This document shows positions 14,101 through 26,455 of a DNA stretch of 64,000 nucleotides, piece after piece; position 1 is the stretch's first letter, and each line of letters begins with the position of its first letter. The translations under genes were made by a program, and so were the position numbers. The notes under the pieces were generated by a model, which made no database searches, was not told where the DNA came from, and saw only the letters and a list, made by a program, of their open reading frames with translations. The stretch spans positions 17,174,001 through 17,238,000 of the forward strand of contig OZ059894.1 in assembly GCA_964057225.1 (NCBI GenBank). The letters are read 5' to 3'. This stretch comes from Auanema rhodensis. Its lineage: Eukaryota > Animalia > Nematoda.

Positions 14101-14265
14101 ATCTCCAACACCACGCTTGTTCCCTCCTACTCCTTCTCCTCCTCCTTTCCTCTTCTTCACACCAACACTAGCAAGTTTGGCAACCACAGAAAATATTTGG
14201 CAGTTATTTAGCAGCCAAAAGTAGCCAAACCCAGGCTGACGATTCATATTGACTGTTGGAATGTC

Positions 14266-17191
14266 ATGCTGTGGCTCACGATTCTTTTCTTACTGACCAC
14301 TGTAGCCTCGAGACCGCAATGTGAGTTTTAACAGACTTGACGTCATATCAAAGTGCTTCAGATTGCAATGCTCAAATTTAATAAATCTATTTCGCATATA
14401 TTCTTATTCATATTCCCTTTTCATGTTTCTAATATATTTTCAAGTTATATATAAAAAATTTTTTTTTCGAAATTTCATTTCTGAAATTTAAACTTTTGAT
14501 TGTAAATTGAGAGTTCTAAATTGAGTGCTTGTTGTAAAAGTGCTAAATTTAGATCAAAATATTGAGACGTGTCATGAGAAGTTCACCTCGAGAGCTCAAT
14601 TTTATAAAAAAGTTAATTTACCGATTGAATAATATTGTTTATTCATTCAGATCGGCATCCGGGCTCTGTAGAAGAAATTCTACAATCCATAGAATTCTTT
14701 CAGCGACCCCTCCGAGCAGAAGAAGAACCTCCTAAGTAAGTTCATTCTTATTTATACAGTTCTCTCAAATATATTTTATATTTAAATGGACTAAATACAT
14801 ATTTTTCCTCAATGACAAGATGATGAAACCCCTCCCCTCTTTTTTCCTTATATCTTCACTACAATATACTTGATATTTCACGTCATTCTGTCTGGCCCCA
14901 AGGTTGTGGACAACATACTCTAGATGAAATTATTTGAAAAATACGTAAAATACTTCAGTATGCAATGAAAAAAACAACCACGAAATCCTGTAAACATCAG
15001 AAATGCTATATCCTTAACCATTCCTTTTTGTAGAAATTTTGCTGAAATAAATCACGTTTCATCAATTTCTAAGTTGATTAAGCATAAAAACAGTTTCAAA
15101 CTTAATGAGGTTGAATTTTAATTAATTATATTCTCATTTTACGATAAGAATTTAGACTTCTATGAATATTGATAGAAAACAATTGAAACGTATTCTTTTT
15201 CTTTTGAAAAAAGGAAAAACACAAACATGCTCTTCTTCATGAAATTACTTTTGACTCCTTCACATCTAAGAGTTTAGTTATGATCACAGCGATAAGCACA
15301 GGAGATATATGATGAGAAGAATAAAAAAATTCTATGAAGTTAATTTGTTCTCAAAAATCAAAATTACGATAGCAAACGCTGAAGGCTATCATCTAGTTCA
15401 CTTCCATCTTTGTAATGTCAGGTGTCAAGAATTAATTATTTTAACCAATATATCCCTCTGAAAAGACATTTTGTTGAACTTATAGAATCGTATTCCAGCA
15501 TTCAGTTACATAAATAGTTTAACCACATTATCAAATACATATTCGTTTAATAATATTCATTATATATAAATACATATATGTAATAGATACTTTGCTGTTT
15601 TTCTTTCACTGTTTAATATATTTAAATTATTTTGTTAGGCATCCATATCAAAAATACCCATTATTTTAATTTTTCACTAAATATGTCTAATTTTTTTTCC
15701 AATTTGTAGTCATAAAATTTCTTTGAAAGCACTGGAACATAGTAAATGGAAATGTAAAGGGTTAAAGATGATAGTGACATATCATTCAATTTACATGATG
15801 ACGTCTTTAACAGCTTTTTTTCCAAATACAAAGTATATTTTTTATATAATATATGATAAAGAGGGAGAGAGAGAGAGAGAGGTAGTATACATTTATGTAT
15901 AATGACTGATGTCTCTAAATCCAGCCATAATTTCGTATATAAACTTATAATTATAATTTTGCTCATCAATTAATACGTTTCACTTTTATTTCTGCAAAAT
16001 GTTAATTTTCTAACAAAATACTTTTTTTAGAATATTGACACATTTCCAAAAGGAACTAAAATAGTTTCAAAAAAAAAAAGAATTATGTAAAATAAATTAC
16101 TAAAGTAATAAAACAAAGAGATCTGTTTTGTGATAAAACTAATTAACATCGTAAATATATTTTTTGATTTTTAAAATAAAATGACATCATTCCTCTAGCT
16201 ATTTTTCTATAACTTGTAGTGCAAACGGAAATAACGCTGCTTGATATTTCAAAAAGTTGAAAGATTAAACCGCAGTTAGAACGCTGGGATAGAGTAATGA
16301 GGGTTATTGCTCAATAACCGCTGTAAATGTTATTTCTTAACCTTTAAGTATAACTATACCAAGGTATATTTTATACTTATTTTCAGAAAAAGATATATAC
16401 GTATGCAGATATTTCCAATTCCTTCTTCTTTCTTTTTTGAATTTCACTGAATATATAAGTCTGATCCTTTGATAATTTGCAAAACTCTCATCCTTTTTAA
16501 GAACAAAATTCAGATTCTAACATTTTATGGGTTCAGGTGACCCGAATAGAGCATAATTTCATATGATTTGCTTAGAAAATCTAAAGATTGGATTAATTAA
16601 ATATGAATTATATGGCGTGATTGTTAGTTTGTATCCACCACTATCATTCACATATACTCTCCATATCTCTTTATATCTCTCAATTTCGCTGTATCTATCA
16701 CTCTCTACGCCTTAGAATAAACTTGAGAGAAATATAATTTGAGAACATGAAGAATACTGGGGGAATATACAAGAACAATGTCCATGATTTTGGTTTTCAT
16801 TTCTTAATTTTGAATAATATAGTTCATTATGATATATGTACAATGATTTTTGACATCATAGCCAACGCTAAATCACTCATCTGTGAAGAATTTCATAATG
16901 AAATTTGTATGTATTCACCTCTATTTGACCTCATATCTTCCCTTTTTAAATAATTTAGAAACTTTGCTCACTAGTTCTATCATATGTAATCCTTAAAAAT
17001 ATTTTTGTGATCAGAAAATTGAAATGATTTCCTAATTGCTAATTTCCAGTTTCTTTAATCCATCAAACTAATCCACTGAGTGTACCTCACTTATAATTGT
17101 GATGTTCAAATTTAAAACAAAACAATCTTGGAGTAACTTTATTTTTTTTATTTTCAGACATGAAAAGCCGAGACCTTTACGTTTTGGGTGA
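14266..17191 (+). CDS. flp-21: FMRFamide-like neuropeptide precursor, FLP-21-like (ends PRPLRFG); 3 exons 14266-14320, 14651-14735, 17158-17191
   Basis: Donors GTGAGT and GTAAGT, acceptors TTCAG and TTTTCAG, with compatible phases. Product is MLWLTILFLLTTVASRPQYRHPGSVEEILQSIEFFQRPLRAEEEPPKHEKPRPLRFG* (57 aa), with a signal peptide and C-terminal amidation Gly. TATA-like GTATAAG near 14054 and AATAAA near 17238. Gene name is assigned from the peptide motif only. Confidence 0.75.
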
Positions 17192-17327
17192 TCACGGTTG
17201 ATGACGGATATTTGCAAATCAAAAATGAAATGCGAATAATAAATCGTGCTCAATGTTATTGTATCTTCGTTTTATAACATTATTTGATCACCTATTTGTA
17301 TTTGTTCATTTGAATTTTCAAAATGTT

Positions 17328-17399
17328 GGGCCGAACCGGGATTTGAACCCGGGACCTCTCGCACCCAAAGCGAGAATCATACCCCTAGACCATTCGGCC
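17328..17399 (-). tRNA. tRNA-Pro(TGG)
   Basis: 72-nt GGCCGAATGGTCTAGGGGTATGATTCTCGCTTTGGGTGCGAGAGGTCCCGGGTTCAAATCCCGGTTCGGCCC with full cloverleaf, A and B boxes, and a downstream TTTT. Confidence 0.96.
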
Positions 17400-17705
17400 A
17401 CATAAACTATGTTTTATTTCCTAATTGCAAGTGCGCGAAACTATTAAAAGACACCAACTTTGCGATGTCAACAATCTCCTACGCGAAGACAGCGCGAAAA
17501 GTCAATAGAAAGCTGTCGCCTCTCCACAGTTGTTTTGAAACAATAGAAGCAGAAGAATGGTTTAATAATCTTATCACACAACTAATAGAACTTGTATATT
17601 TATTGAAACAAAAATTATAAAGTTTTTTTAAAAATTTAAAAAAGAAAACCGAGAATTGAAAAAAAAGCTTTAGTATTTTAAAAACAGTAGCTTTTTAGAG
17701 TTTTT

Positions 17706-18748
17706 TCAGAAATATGGTCCATGAGCAGCATGAGCTCCACCGTGGGCTTGGTTGATCCATCCATTGTTATGTCCAGCTTGGTCTTGCTTTCCGTATCCGT
17801 ATCCGTACTTGGAAGCATCATACTCATTTCCGTATCCATTCTGAGAAGCAGCATTTTTGCCGTAGTGTGAATGTCCGTCAGCATGATCAGCGGAAGCAGC
17901 ATTGTATCCCTTCTTGTACCCGGAACCAGATCCGTCAGCGGAATGGCGAGATAAGGCGTTTTGGCGATCATAACCTTGAAAACATCTCAGATTTAATTTA
18001 TAATATAATAAGATATAAATTGCATAAGATATAAATCGAAATTATATAAACAGATAGAAGTAGAATATTGGTGCACTAACCCTCAGATCCATAATATCCT
18101 TTGGAGTAGCTTCCTTCAGGCCCAGATCCAGAAGTGAAATAAGAGTATTTCTTCATACCCTCAGCATCTACAATTGTTTGAATGATAATTGGCTTTCAAA
18201 ACATTTAAATCGAATTAATGACTTATTCGAGGGTGCGTAAGGGCTTCTTAAGTACTCCTTTCAAGACACCTTAATAGTCTCGAAAGAAGAAAAGGGTCCA
18301 AATGTAATGAAGAAATGGCAGAGAAACTAACCAGCGGCATTACGAGCCCCTTCATCGTGATGAGCATCATCGTATCCCTCAGAAGCTCCGTTGTTGTAGT
18401 CCGAATGTCCATCAGCATATCCATTAGAGCCTTAATAATATAAATGATAAGAACTATTTTTTGCTATTTTTTGATCCGGACCATAATTTCCTGCATTATA
18501 TCCTTGGTGACCAGCAGCTCTATCATAATTAGCTCCATCGTATCCGTAACCATACCCAGCTAAGGATCCATAGTAATCGTCATTGCTTTTACCCTGTATA
18601 AGGATTGAAGATGTGTTTCAAGAAAAATTGAAGTAATTACATATTTGGAATGATGATCACCATGATCATCATATCCTCCATAATAAGGAGGGAGGTAGCT
18701 TGCAGCAGCAACAGCAACAATGCAGGAAATGGCAAGGAAACGAGACAT
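17706..18748 (-). CDS. Secreted Gly/Tyr/His/Asp-rich low-complexity protein (cuticular/structural-like), 5 exons
   Basis: MSRFLAISCIVAVAAASYLPPYYGGYDDHGDHHSKY|GKSNDDYYGS...|...GYDDAHHDEGARNAA|DAEGMKKYSYFTSGSGPEGSYSKGYYGSE|GYDRQ...HGGAHAAHGPYF*. GT-AG introns, and TATATAAA on the minus strand near 18940. Confidence 0.85.
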
Positions 18749-18754
18749 GTCTAG

Positions 18755-18757
<3 letters not shown>

Positions 18758-18808
<51 letters not shown>
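18758..18808. repeat. (TA)n microsatellite, about 25 units
   Basis: Uninterrupted TA run directly upstream of the acceptor that precedes the ATG of the minus-strand His-rich gene. Confidence 0.95.
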
Positions 18809-18812
<4 letters not shown>

Positions 18813-19650
18813 TATGATTCGAAAAGAGAAATTCAAATACACTTAAGTATGAATCTTCACAAGTAAATGTTAATCAAAAGAAAGAATTAAAGAATATAAA
18901 TGATTGATGAAGTGATGTATTTGTTGGAATCATGCTTGGTTTATATACTGACTGAAGTAAGTCAGGAATGTATGTTAGTACGTGGATCGCCTCATTGATC
19001 AGCAATTTTTTTGAATCGAAACAACTATTATGTAGTATTATGTAGTGGCTTCCTCCTGTCATTCTTCGAACTTTTTTATAAAAATAATAGTATTAGAAAA
19101 AAGTAGATTTATCTAACTATGCTGCCTTGAAATTCACTACTTCTGATTCGCTTTTTATGTTTTTAATTCTTGTCATATAGTACAATATGAATGCAATAAT
19201 ATTAGTTATTACGAAATAAATAAATATATATATATATATATTTATACTTTATACTTTATATACATAAGTATAATGATAATCTCATGTTTTCCTTAAAATC
19301 ACATATTTTTGATTTTCGTGTGAAAAGTATTATTAGCCTTTTCTTTCAAACTTTAGATCTTATTGCAGTTAATGAATTTCAGAAAAAAAACTTTAATTCC
19401 TCAGCGTTTCCTCTTAGTTTAAACAATAGAGAAAACAACATCCTTGACAGCATCATCATCACCATCCAATTTCAGAAGAGGAGAAGCCAATCAGCTTTGC
19501 ACGTCCCAAGTAAATTGGAACCTCTCCTAACCACTAATCTTTTTCCTTCTAAAACTTGCCGGCTGCTTCGCCATGAACGTTTTCCCTCATTGTTGTTACT
19601 CACACTAATAAAATCCTTTATTGATATTTTAATTTAAAATCTATTCAGAC

Positions 19651-22600
19651 ATGCATTTTTCTGGTATTTGGTTTTTTATTTTAATAATTGCCATTGAATC
19701 ATTGGACTTGACCCCGAAATCACTGCGAAAACCTTTACTTACAGCTAAACGAGTCAATAAACAAAATATTACCATTGGATTAGTTTATCAAGTTTATAAA
19801 TAAAAATTTATATGCCCTGTAATTTAAAATTTTACAGCATTACGCTAACCGATCGAAAGCTTACGAGAAGGCTTTTAAAGAAATTATCAGAAAAATAAAT
19901 GAAGGAACTGCCGTTTCGTGAGTTCATTCCAAATATCTTCTTTTTTTTTCAAATCGAATTCATTTTGTAGATCATTGAGACGTTTACCAGAACGATTTAA
20001 TTTTACCGGAGTTGATTGCATTCTACCAACTGGAGTGTTCTATGTTCGCGAAGTCATCGATTGCATCTGTAATCGTTTAGTAGAAAATCAGGTGTGTGTT
20101 AAACTAGGGACTCAAACCTAACAACAAAAAAGAATCATCAGTTAATTTTATTAAAGGTTTCTTTGATAATTTTTGCAACTGCTTCCGAGACATATGATTC
20201 AACAACTGCAGCCGAACAGTACTTTCTCACTATGGCCAGTTATACTGGTATACCCGTACTTGCATGGAATGCTGATAATTCTGGGTTTTCATTTGAAAAA
20301 GTTTACTCATAAATAATAATAACAAGGTTAACTTAATTTATTTCGATTTTCAGAATCTATCCTCTTATCGAATTCTTCAAATGGCTCCACCAATCGAGCA
20401 TCAAATACGGTTATACTTCTTATTGATCTCAATGATTTTTCTTTATTTAGTGCTATGATAGCTTTACTTCAACGATATAATTGGTCGAAATTTGGAATTG
20501 TGACATCTGATATGGCTGGATCCGAGCAATTTATCAAAAGTGTTCGAGAAGAAATAGCTGATGCTAGTAATAAATCTGCTAAGTAGATTTGTTGCTTAAT
20601 TTTTATTTTTTGAATTGTTATATTACAGATTTGAAATAATGTTTCATTGTCACTTACAAGTAAATAACTCAACAGATGTTTCGCTAAAGCTTCAAGATCT
20701 TAAACAAAGTCAAGCGAAAATAATTTTACTTTATTCAACTGCTGCTCAAGCTCGACTCATATTTGAGGTAAATGTGTAATTATATTCAATGTTTATATTC
20801 AATTAATATAATATAGCAAGCAATTCCTCTTGGTTTAACGAATGACAAATACTTATGGGTTGGAACACAATCAGTAAAAGGTACACAGACTTCGGTGACA
20901 GGAGAATATCAACCTGGAATGTTGAGTGTTAACTTTCACACAGGTAAAAAGCGCTTTTTATAATAAAATGTTTTCGAATTTCAAGTTTCAAACGCAATGT
21001 TTGCTCCCAGAGATGATATAATTCCACTAATTATACAATTAGCGCCTAAGGTGAGACAATAATCTCAATTTGTGAAAAAAAATTTTCAAATTTTTAGCTT
21101 TTTGGAGCGGCTTTACAGCAGGTCCCATCGAATATAACCGATTCTGTGCGTTCAAATTCTTCTTGCAAAAGAAATGTTGAGTCTAGCTGGGCAAATGGGG
21201 AATATATCTACAAGTATGACATAAAGAAAAATATTTTGAAAAAAGCTGGTAACAGGTTGATGAGACAATCATTCGTGAAAGGAAATCCTTTTCACGTTGA
21301 TGATGGATATGATTCGTTTTTCTATGTTTTCAATAAGAATGGACGATTGAGAAATTCAGTATTACAAATTTCAAATTTGCGAAGAAATAATAAAGGAACT
21401 TTATACTGGGATAGAGTATGTTTGATGTTATTTTTTGTGATCGGATTTATATCGATAATGTTTTTTTGGGTGGGAACTTTTATTAGTAATGAATTAAAAA
21501 TGGCAGATGTTGAGTGGCCAGGTGGTCGAGCAAATCCTCCAATGGGAACTGCAGACAAATTTCACGTGAAAGTAGGTTAAGATTTAGTTAAAAATCATTG
21601 AAGACTATATTGCAGGTTGTAACACTACATGAACCTCCATTCATAACAGTTTCTGATATAGATCCAGACACTGGCCGATGCCCAGGAAATCAAGGATCAA
21701 TATGCGATTGGGGAGATGTTGAAATTGAAGACGAGTCAGGCAACAGAAGGTAAAACTGTAACATATGATAAATAAGTTAAAAGCTTTAGAAATGAAACAT
21801 TGTGGAAATGCTGCTCTGGATACTGCGTTGACTTATTGAACAAGTTAGCAAGTGATATAGGATTTACCTATACCTTGTATAAAGTTCGAGATGAAAAATG
21901 GGGTTTAAAAACAGTATGTTCATGACAGTTTCACATATTTAATCTATCCGAATCTAATCCAAATTAGGAACATGGGTGGAATGGATTGATTGCAGATCTG
22001 ATAAACAACAAAGCTGACATGTGTGTCACCTCATTAAAGTTAAACTCTGAGAGAGCAAGAGATATTGATTTCTCTTTACCTTTCTTAGAAACAGGAATTG
22101 CAATAATCGTCAAAATTCGTAGTGGAGTACTAAGTCCCACAGCATTTCTTGGTAAGAAAATTAATCAAAAATTTTAAAAAATGTTGATTTTTTTTTAATT
22201 TGATTCTTACTTATTGATAATGTCAGTTACGGACCTCAAAATATGATTTATTTTTAAAATTTAAAACGTGGGCCGAGCCGGGGATCGATCCCGGGACCTC
22301 TCGCACCCTAAGCGAGAATCATACCACTAGACCACTCGGCCTGAAGTTCCTTGGCAACCATGTTCAAGCCTTGCTGATACCGTTTCAAGTTCGAATTAGT
22401 TTTATATTAAGCTTTTGTTTCGTTCCGGGTTCTATATAACAAACAAAACATTACTTTTAAATGATATGAAAAGAATCAATCCAATAGAGAAAATATTCAA
22501 TGCATATAGACAAAACTGATAAGAAAGGTGTTGGGAATCGCTGATATTCTTTAAACCATTATATTACATTTTAAGAGAAAATTTTAGAAGAATGAAACGG

Positions 22601-24773
22601 AGAAAACAATTGTTTTCAAGTTCTAACAACCTTATATTTTCGGATTGTATATGCTTATCAATGTTCAGAGCCATTTGAGTACTCCACGTGGGTTATTATT
22701 CTTTTTGTAAGCATACAAGGTGCTGCATTCTCAATTTTCATATTTGAATGGGTTTCACCATATTCTTTTAATATGCAAAAATATCCACCGCCTGGTCAGT
22801 TTTTTCATATATAATTTTTTTTAGACTACTATTCTAGATCACAAGTTTTCATTGTGTAGATCGTTTTGGTTAGTTTGGGCTACATTGTTCAGTGCTAGTG
22901 TTTCTACTGGTTTGTTGTATCTGTATTCATTATATGTTTTGTGATTTTATATGTACCAAAAAGCTCTGTTTCGAGATTCATGGCTCTTGTTTGGGCAGCT
23001 TTTGGATTGACATTTTTGGCTGTCTATACAGCAAACCTTGCTGCTTTCATGATAACTAGAGTACAATTTTACGATCTGAGTGGTATACATGATTCTATGG
23101 TAAGGTCGAGTACGTAGGTATAGTATATCCTATCCCCTTCCTTTAGTTAAGCCCACCCATAGCCAAGTAAATGCTATAGCGCCTACATTGCTTACTTTTT
23201 GACATCTTTTAAAGCAACATTCTTTTGGAACAAATTTTGCTTGCTAACTCAAGTTGAGCATTTCGTGACCCACATAATTAGCATATGATGTAAAAATAAC
23301 TTTTTCCAAAAAGGCCGTCATATTTCTAGGCTTGAAAAACAGTTTCTTACTTCAAAAATCTTACATTAAAGATCACAAACAAGTAATTGTAATAGTTTTT
23401 AACATAAATTTGATAGATCTTTATTTCTCATAGGTGCCAAGATCCAAATTAATAGGTTTCTAAAGGTTCAGTATGCCTTCAGTAAAAGGTTGTGCTTTCG
23501 ATGAGCCACACTTTTATATTTAAAGAATTTAGTCTTATTGTTATGGTTTGTTGTATTTACAAGCAGGGCTTCCATAATCAAATATTTCATTTAAATCTAA
23601 ATCTAAACTATGAGTCATAAGGCTCTCAGAAAAAATGAACTTTGTGATTTTAGTTGACTTATCCGGCTGATCAAAATCCTCCATTTCGTTATGGAACTGT
23701 TGATGGGGGCAATACTCATGAGACCATGAAACGTAATTGGCAACAAATGCATGATTACGTGAAGAAAAATAATTTTTTTCGAATGAATATTTCTGCTGGA
23801 GTCGATGCTGTTAGAAATGAGTTCTTGTTTTTTTTTGCAATTCATAGTTATTATTGTTATTCAAGAGAACTAGATGCTTTTATATATGATGCCGTTGTCT
23901 TGGACTATTGGGCAGGAAAAGATGCCAATTGTGAACTTATGATGGTTTTTTAAAATACTGTTTGAATATTAATTAATCTCTCTATATTAGGTTGGAAAAT
24001 GGGCAAGTATGACAGGATATGGCATTGGTTTTCCTAAAAATTCTCCATATACTGCGATGGTTAATCAATATATGCTACAATATCAACAAAAAGGTGAAAA
24101 TTTACATTAACCAATTATATTAGTGTCTTTTCAGGTGATCTGGAACGCCTACAAAATTTCTGGTTAACGGGTGCTTGTTCACCGGATAGTCATGGGCAAA
24201 CTCATTCAGCACCACTGGGAGTTGAAAATTTTCTGTCAGCTTTTTTTTTATTAGCAGGAGGAATTGTAATATTCATATATTTTTCTTGAAACAATTATAA
24301 AATTTAGATTATGGCAATGATTGTTTTAGGGTGTGAATATATTTATTGTAGACATATCAGAATGCCTCTTCAAAGGTTAGATCCAAATGGCTGGTGTGGC
24401 ATTATCAGTATGGTTAGTTTCGAATGTTTCTTGTGTTTTCTAATATATGTATATCTGAATAATTATGAATAAACAACAGTTTTAATTAAACAAAATAATA
24501 TATTCGAAATTGAAAATAAAATATAATTATAGTCAATGGGAAAGTCTTTAACACTACCAGAAGCTGTTGATCGGGTGCAAGAATGGAGATCACGAACACA
24601 ATCATTAGCGAGTAATACATCTCCGATTCCGAGAAGAAAACACTTAGGATCGTAAGAAATATTCATGTAGAACTACTCAAAGGTTGTATTTCAGAACAAT
24701 ATTCAAACCTAAAATTTTAATAGAACAGCCTAATGCTAAGAGACAATTCCTCCAAGTTGAAAGTAATCTGTGA
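19651..24773 (+). CDS. nmr-2: NMDA-type ionotropic glutamate receptor subunit, GluN2/NR2 class; about 25 exons
   Basis: Spliced translation includes [12 protein letters not shown] (ATD), [19 protein letters not shown] and [31 protein letters not shown] (S1). It continues with M1-M3 ([30 protein letters not shown]), S2 ([32 protein letters not shown]), M4, and a PDZ-ligand-like end QVESNL*. Two acceptors lack AG (see findings). Confidence 0.92.
22270..22341 (-). tRNA. tRNA-Pro(AGG), intronic in nmr-2, antisense
   Basis: GGCCGAGTGGTCTAGTGGTATGATTCTCGCTTAGGGTGCGAGAGGTCCCGGGATCGATCCCCGGCTCGGCCC, identical to the array consensus tRNA, followed by ACGTTTT. Confidence 0.95.
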
Positions 24774-25045
24774 AAAGAATCTGATGCTAAGTATATTATA
24801 AACATCTTTCTGTATCTTTGTTAAGCTTCAAAACGATTATTGAAATGGTGTAGTCACGCATTGTTTTCACTGTTTGTTCTCCTCTCTACTTTATTCTCTC
24901 CCAGAATCTCCTCCTCTTTTCTCGTCTTCTCACTTCTGGCTTCTCTGTGGCACAATGAGCATAATTGATCGAACGCTACATGTCCCCAAGTTTTAAGTTT
25001 TAAACTTGTAATATTACATTTAAATATCATATTCGTAAGATTACA

Positions 25046-25190
25046 TACTTGTCCATAATTATTTTTAACTGAATATTATTAACCTAATATCTATAGGTGA
25101 ACACTCAAGCTTAAAATTAATTGAATTTCAAGAGAACTGCAACTATATACTAAGAAGAAGTACACTTCTCGAAACAAAATATTAAAACGT
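25046..25190 (-). repeat. Solitary inverted copy of the array spacer (tRNA 3' flank)
   Basis: Reverse complement of ACGTTTTAACATTTTGTTTCGAGAAGTGTACTTC...CAGTTAAAAATAATTATGGAAAAGTA with a few mismatches, then unique sequence. Confidence 0.9.
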
Positions 25191-26220
25191 GGGCCGAGCC
25201 GGGGATCGATCCCGGGACCTCTCGCACCCTAAGCGAGAATCATACCACTAGACCACTCGGCCTGAAGTTCCTTGGCAACCATGTTCAAGCCTTGCTGATA
25301 CCGTTTCAAGTTCGAATTAGTTTTATATTAAGCTTTTGTTTCGTTCCGGGTTCTATATAACAAACAAAACATTACTTTTAAATGATATGAAAAGAATCAA
25401 TCCAATAGAGAAAATATTCAATGCATATAGACAAAACTGATAAGAAAGGTGTTGGGAATCGCTGATATTCTTTAAACCATTATATTACATTTTAAGAGAA
25501 AATTTTAGAAGAATGAAACGGAGAAAACAATTGTTTTCAAGTTCTAACAACCTTATATTTTCGGATTGTATATGCTTATCAATGTTCAGAGCCATTTGAG
25601 TACTCCACGTGGGTTATTATTCTTTTTGTAAGCATACAAGGTGCTGCATTCTCAATTTTCATATTTGAATGGGTTTCACCATATTCTTTTAATATGCAAA
25701 AATATCCACCGCCTGGTCAGTTTTTTCATATATAATTTTTTTTAGACTACTATTCTAGATCACAAGTTTTCATTGTGTAGATCGTTTTGGTTAGTTTGGG
25801 CTACATTGTTCAGTGCTAGTGTTTCTACTGGTTTGTTGTATCTGTATTCATTATATGTTTTGTGATTTTATATGTACCAAAAAGCTCTGTTTCGAGATTC
25901 ATGGCTCTTGTTTGGGCAGCTTTTGGATTGACATTTTTGGCTGTCTATACAGCAAACCTTGCTGCTTTCATGATAACTAGAGTACAATTTTACGATCTGA
26001 GTGGTATACATGATTCTATGGTAAGGTCGAGTACGTAGGTATAGTATATCCTATCCCCTTCCTTTAGTTAAGCCCACCCATAGCCAAGTAAATGCTATAG
26101 CGCCTACATTGCTTACTTTTTGACATCTTTTAAAGCAACATTCTTTTGGAACAAATTTTGCTTGCTAACTCAAGTTGAGCATTTCGTGACCCACATAATT
26201 AGCATATGATGTAAAAATAA
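25182..26220 (+). pseudogene. nmr-2: Partial duplicate of nmr-2 (22261-23299): tRNA-containing intron plus three exons encoding M1-M2-M3
   Basis: 1039-bp direct repeat at offset 2921, identical as far as read by eye. It lies downstream of the nmr-2 stop codon and lacks the other exons. Confidence 0.9.
25191..25262 (-). tRNA. tRNA-Pro(AGG) with chimeric flanks
   Basis: Identical 72-nt gene whose 3' flank is the array spacer and whose 5' flank is nmr-2 intron sequence. Confidence 0.93.
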
Positions 26221-26455
26221 TACACAGAACTTAGGTAATGAAATGTGTAGAATCTGAATATAGAATTAATATTTGGCTATGATCCATCTGTTTTCCGGAA
26301 AAAGGGTTTATACCGAGCCCATTCATAATAATGTTCACAAAATAAGTTTAGGTTGTGCACACGATGGGATCAGTAAATCCAACTTTATATTTATTCGACT
26401 GTAAGCTATATTGTTTACATTGACCTCACGTTACAAAAAAAAAATTTTTTTTTTG

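Noticed and set aside
22270-22341. T-loop GATCGA instead of GTTCGA as a sign of a pseudo-tRNA
   Set aside because: As I recall, nematode tRNA-Pro(AGG) genes normally carry A54 (GGGATCGATCCC). The stems are intact.
23101-23200. Hairpin plus T5 in an nmr-2 intron as a possible ncRNA or DNA-elimination motif
   Set aside because: The pairing is short and imperfect, and I cannot match it reliably to any known family or motif.
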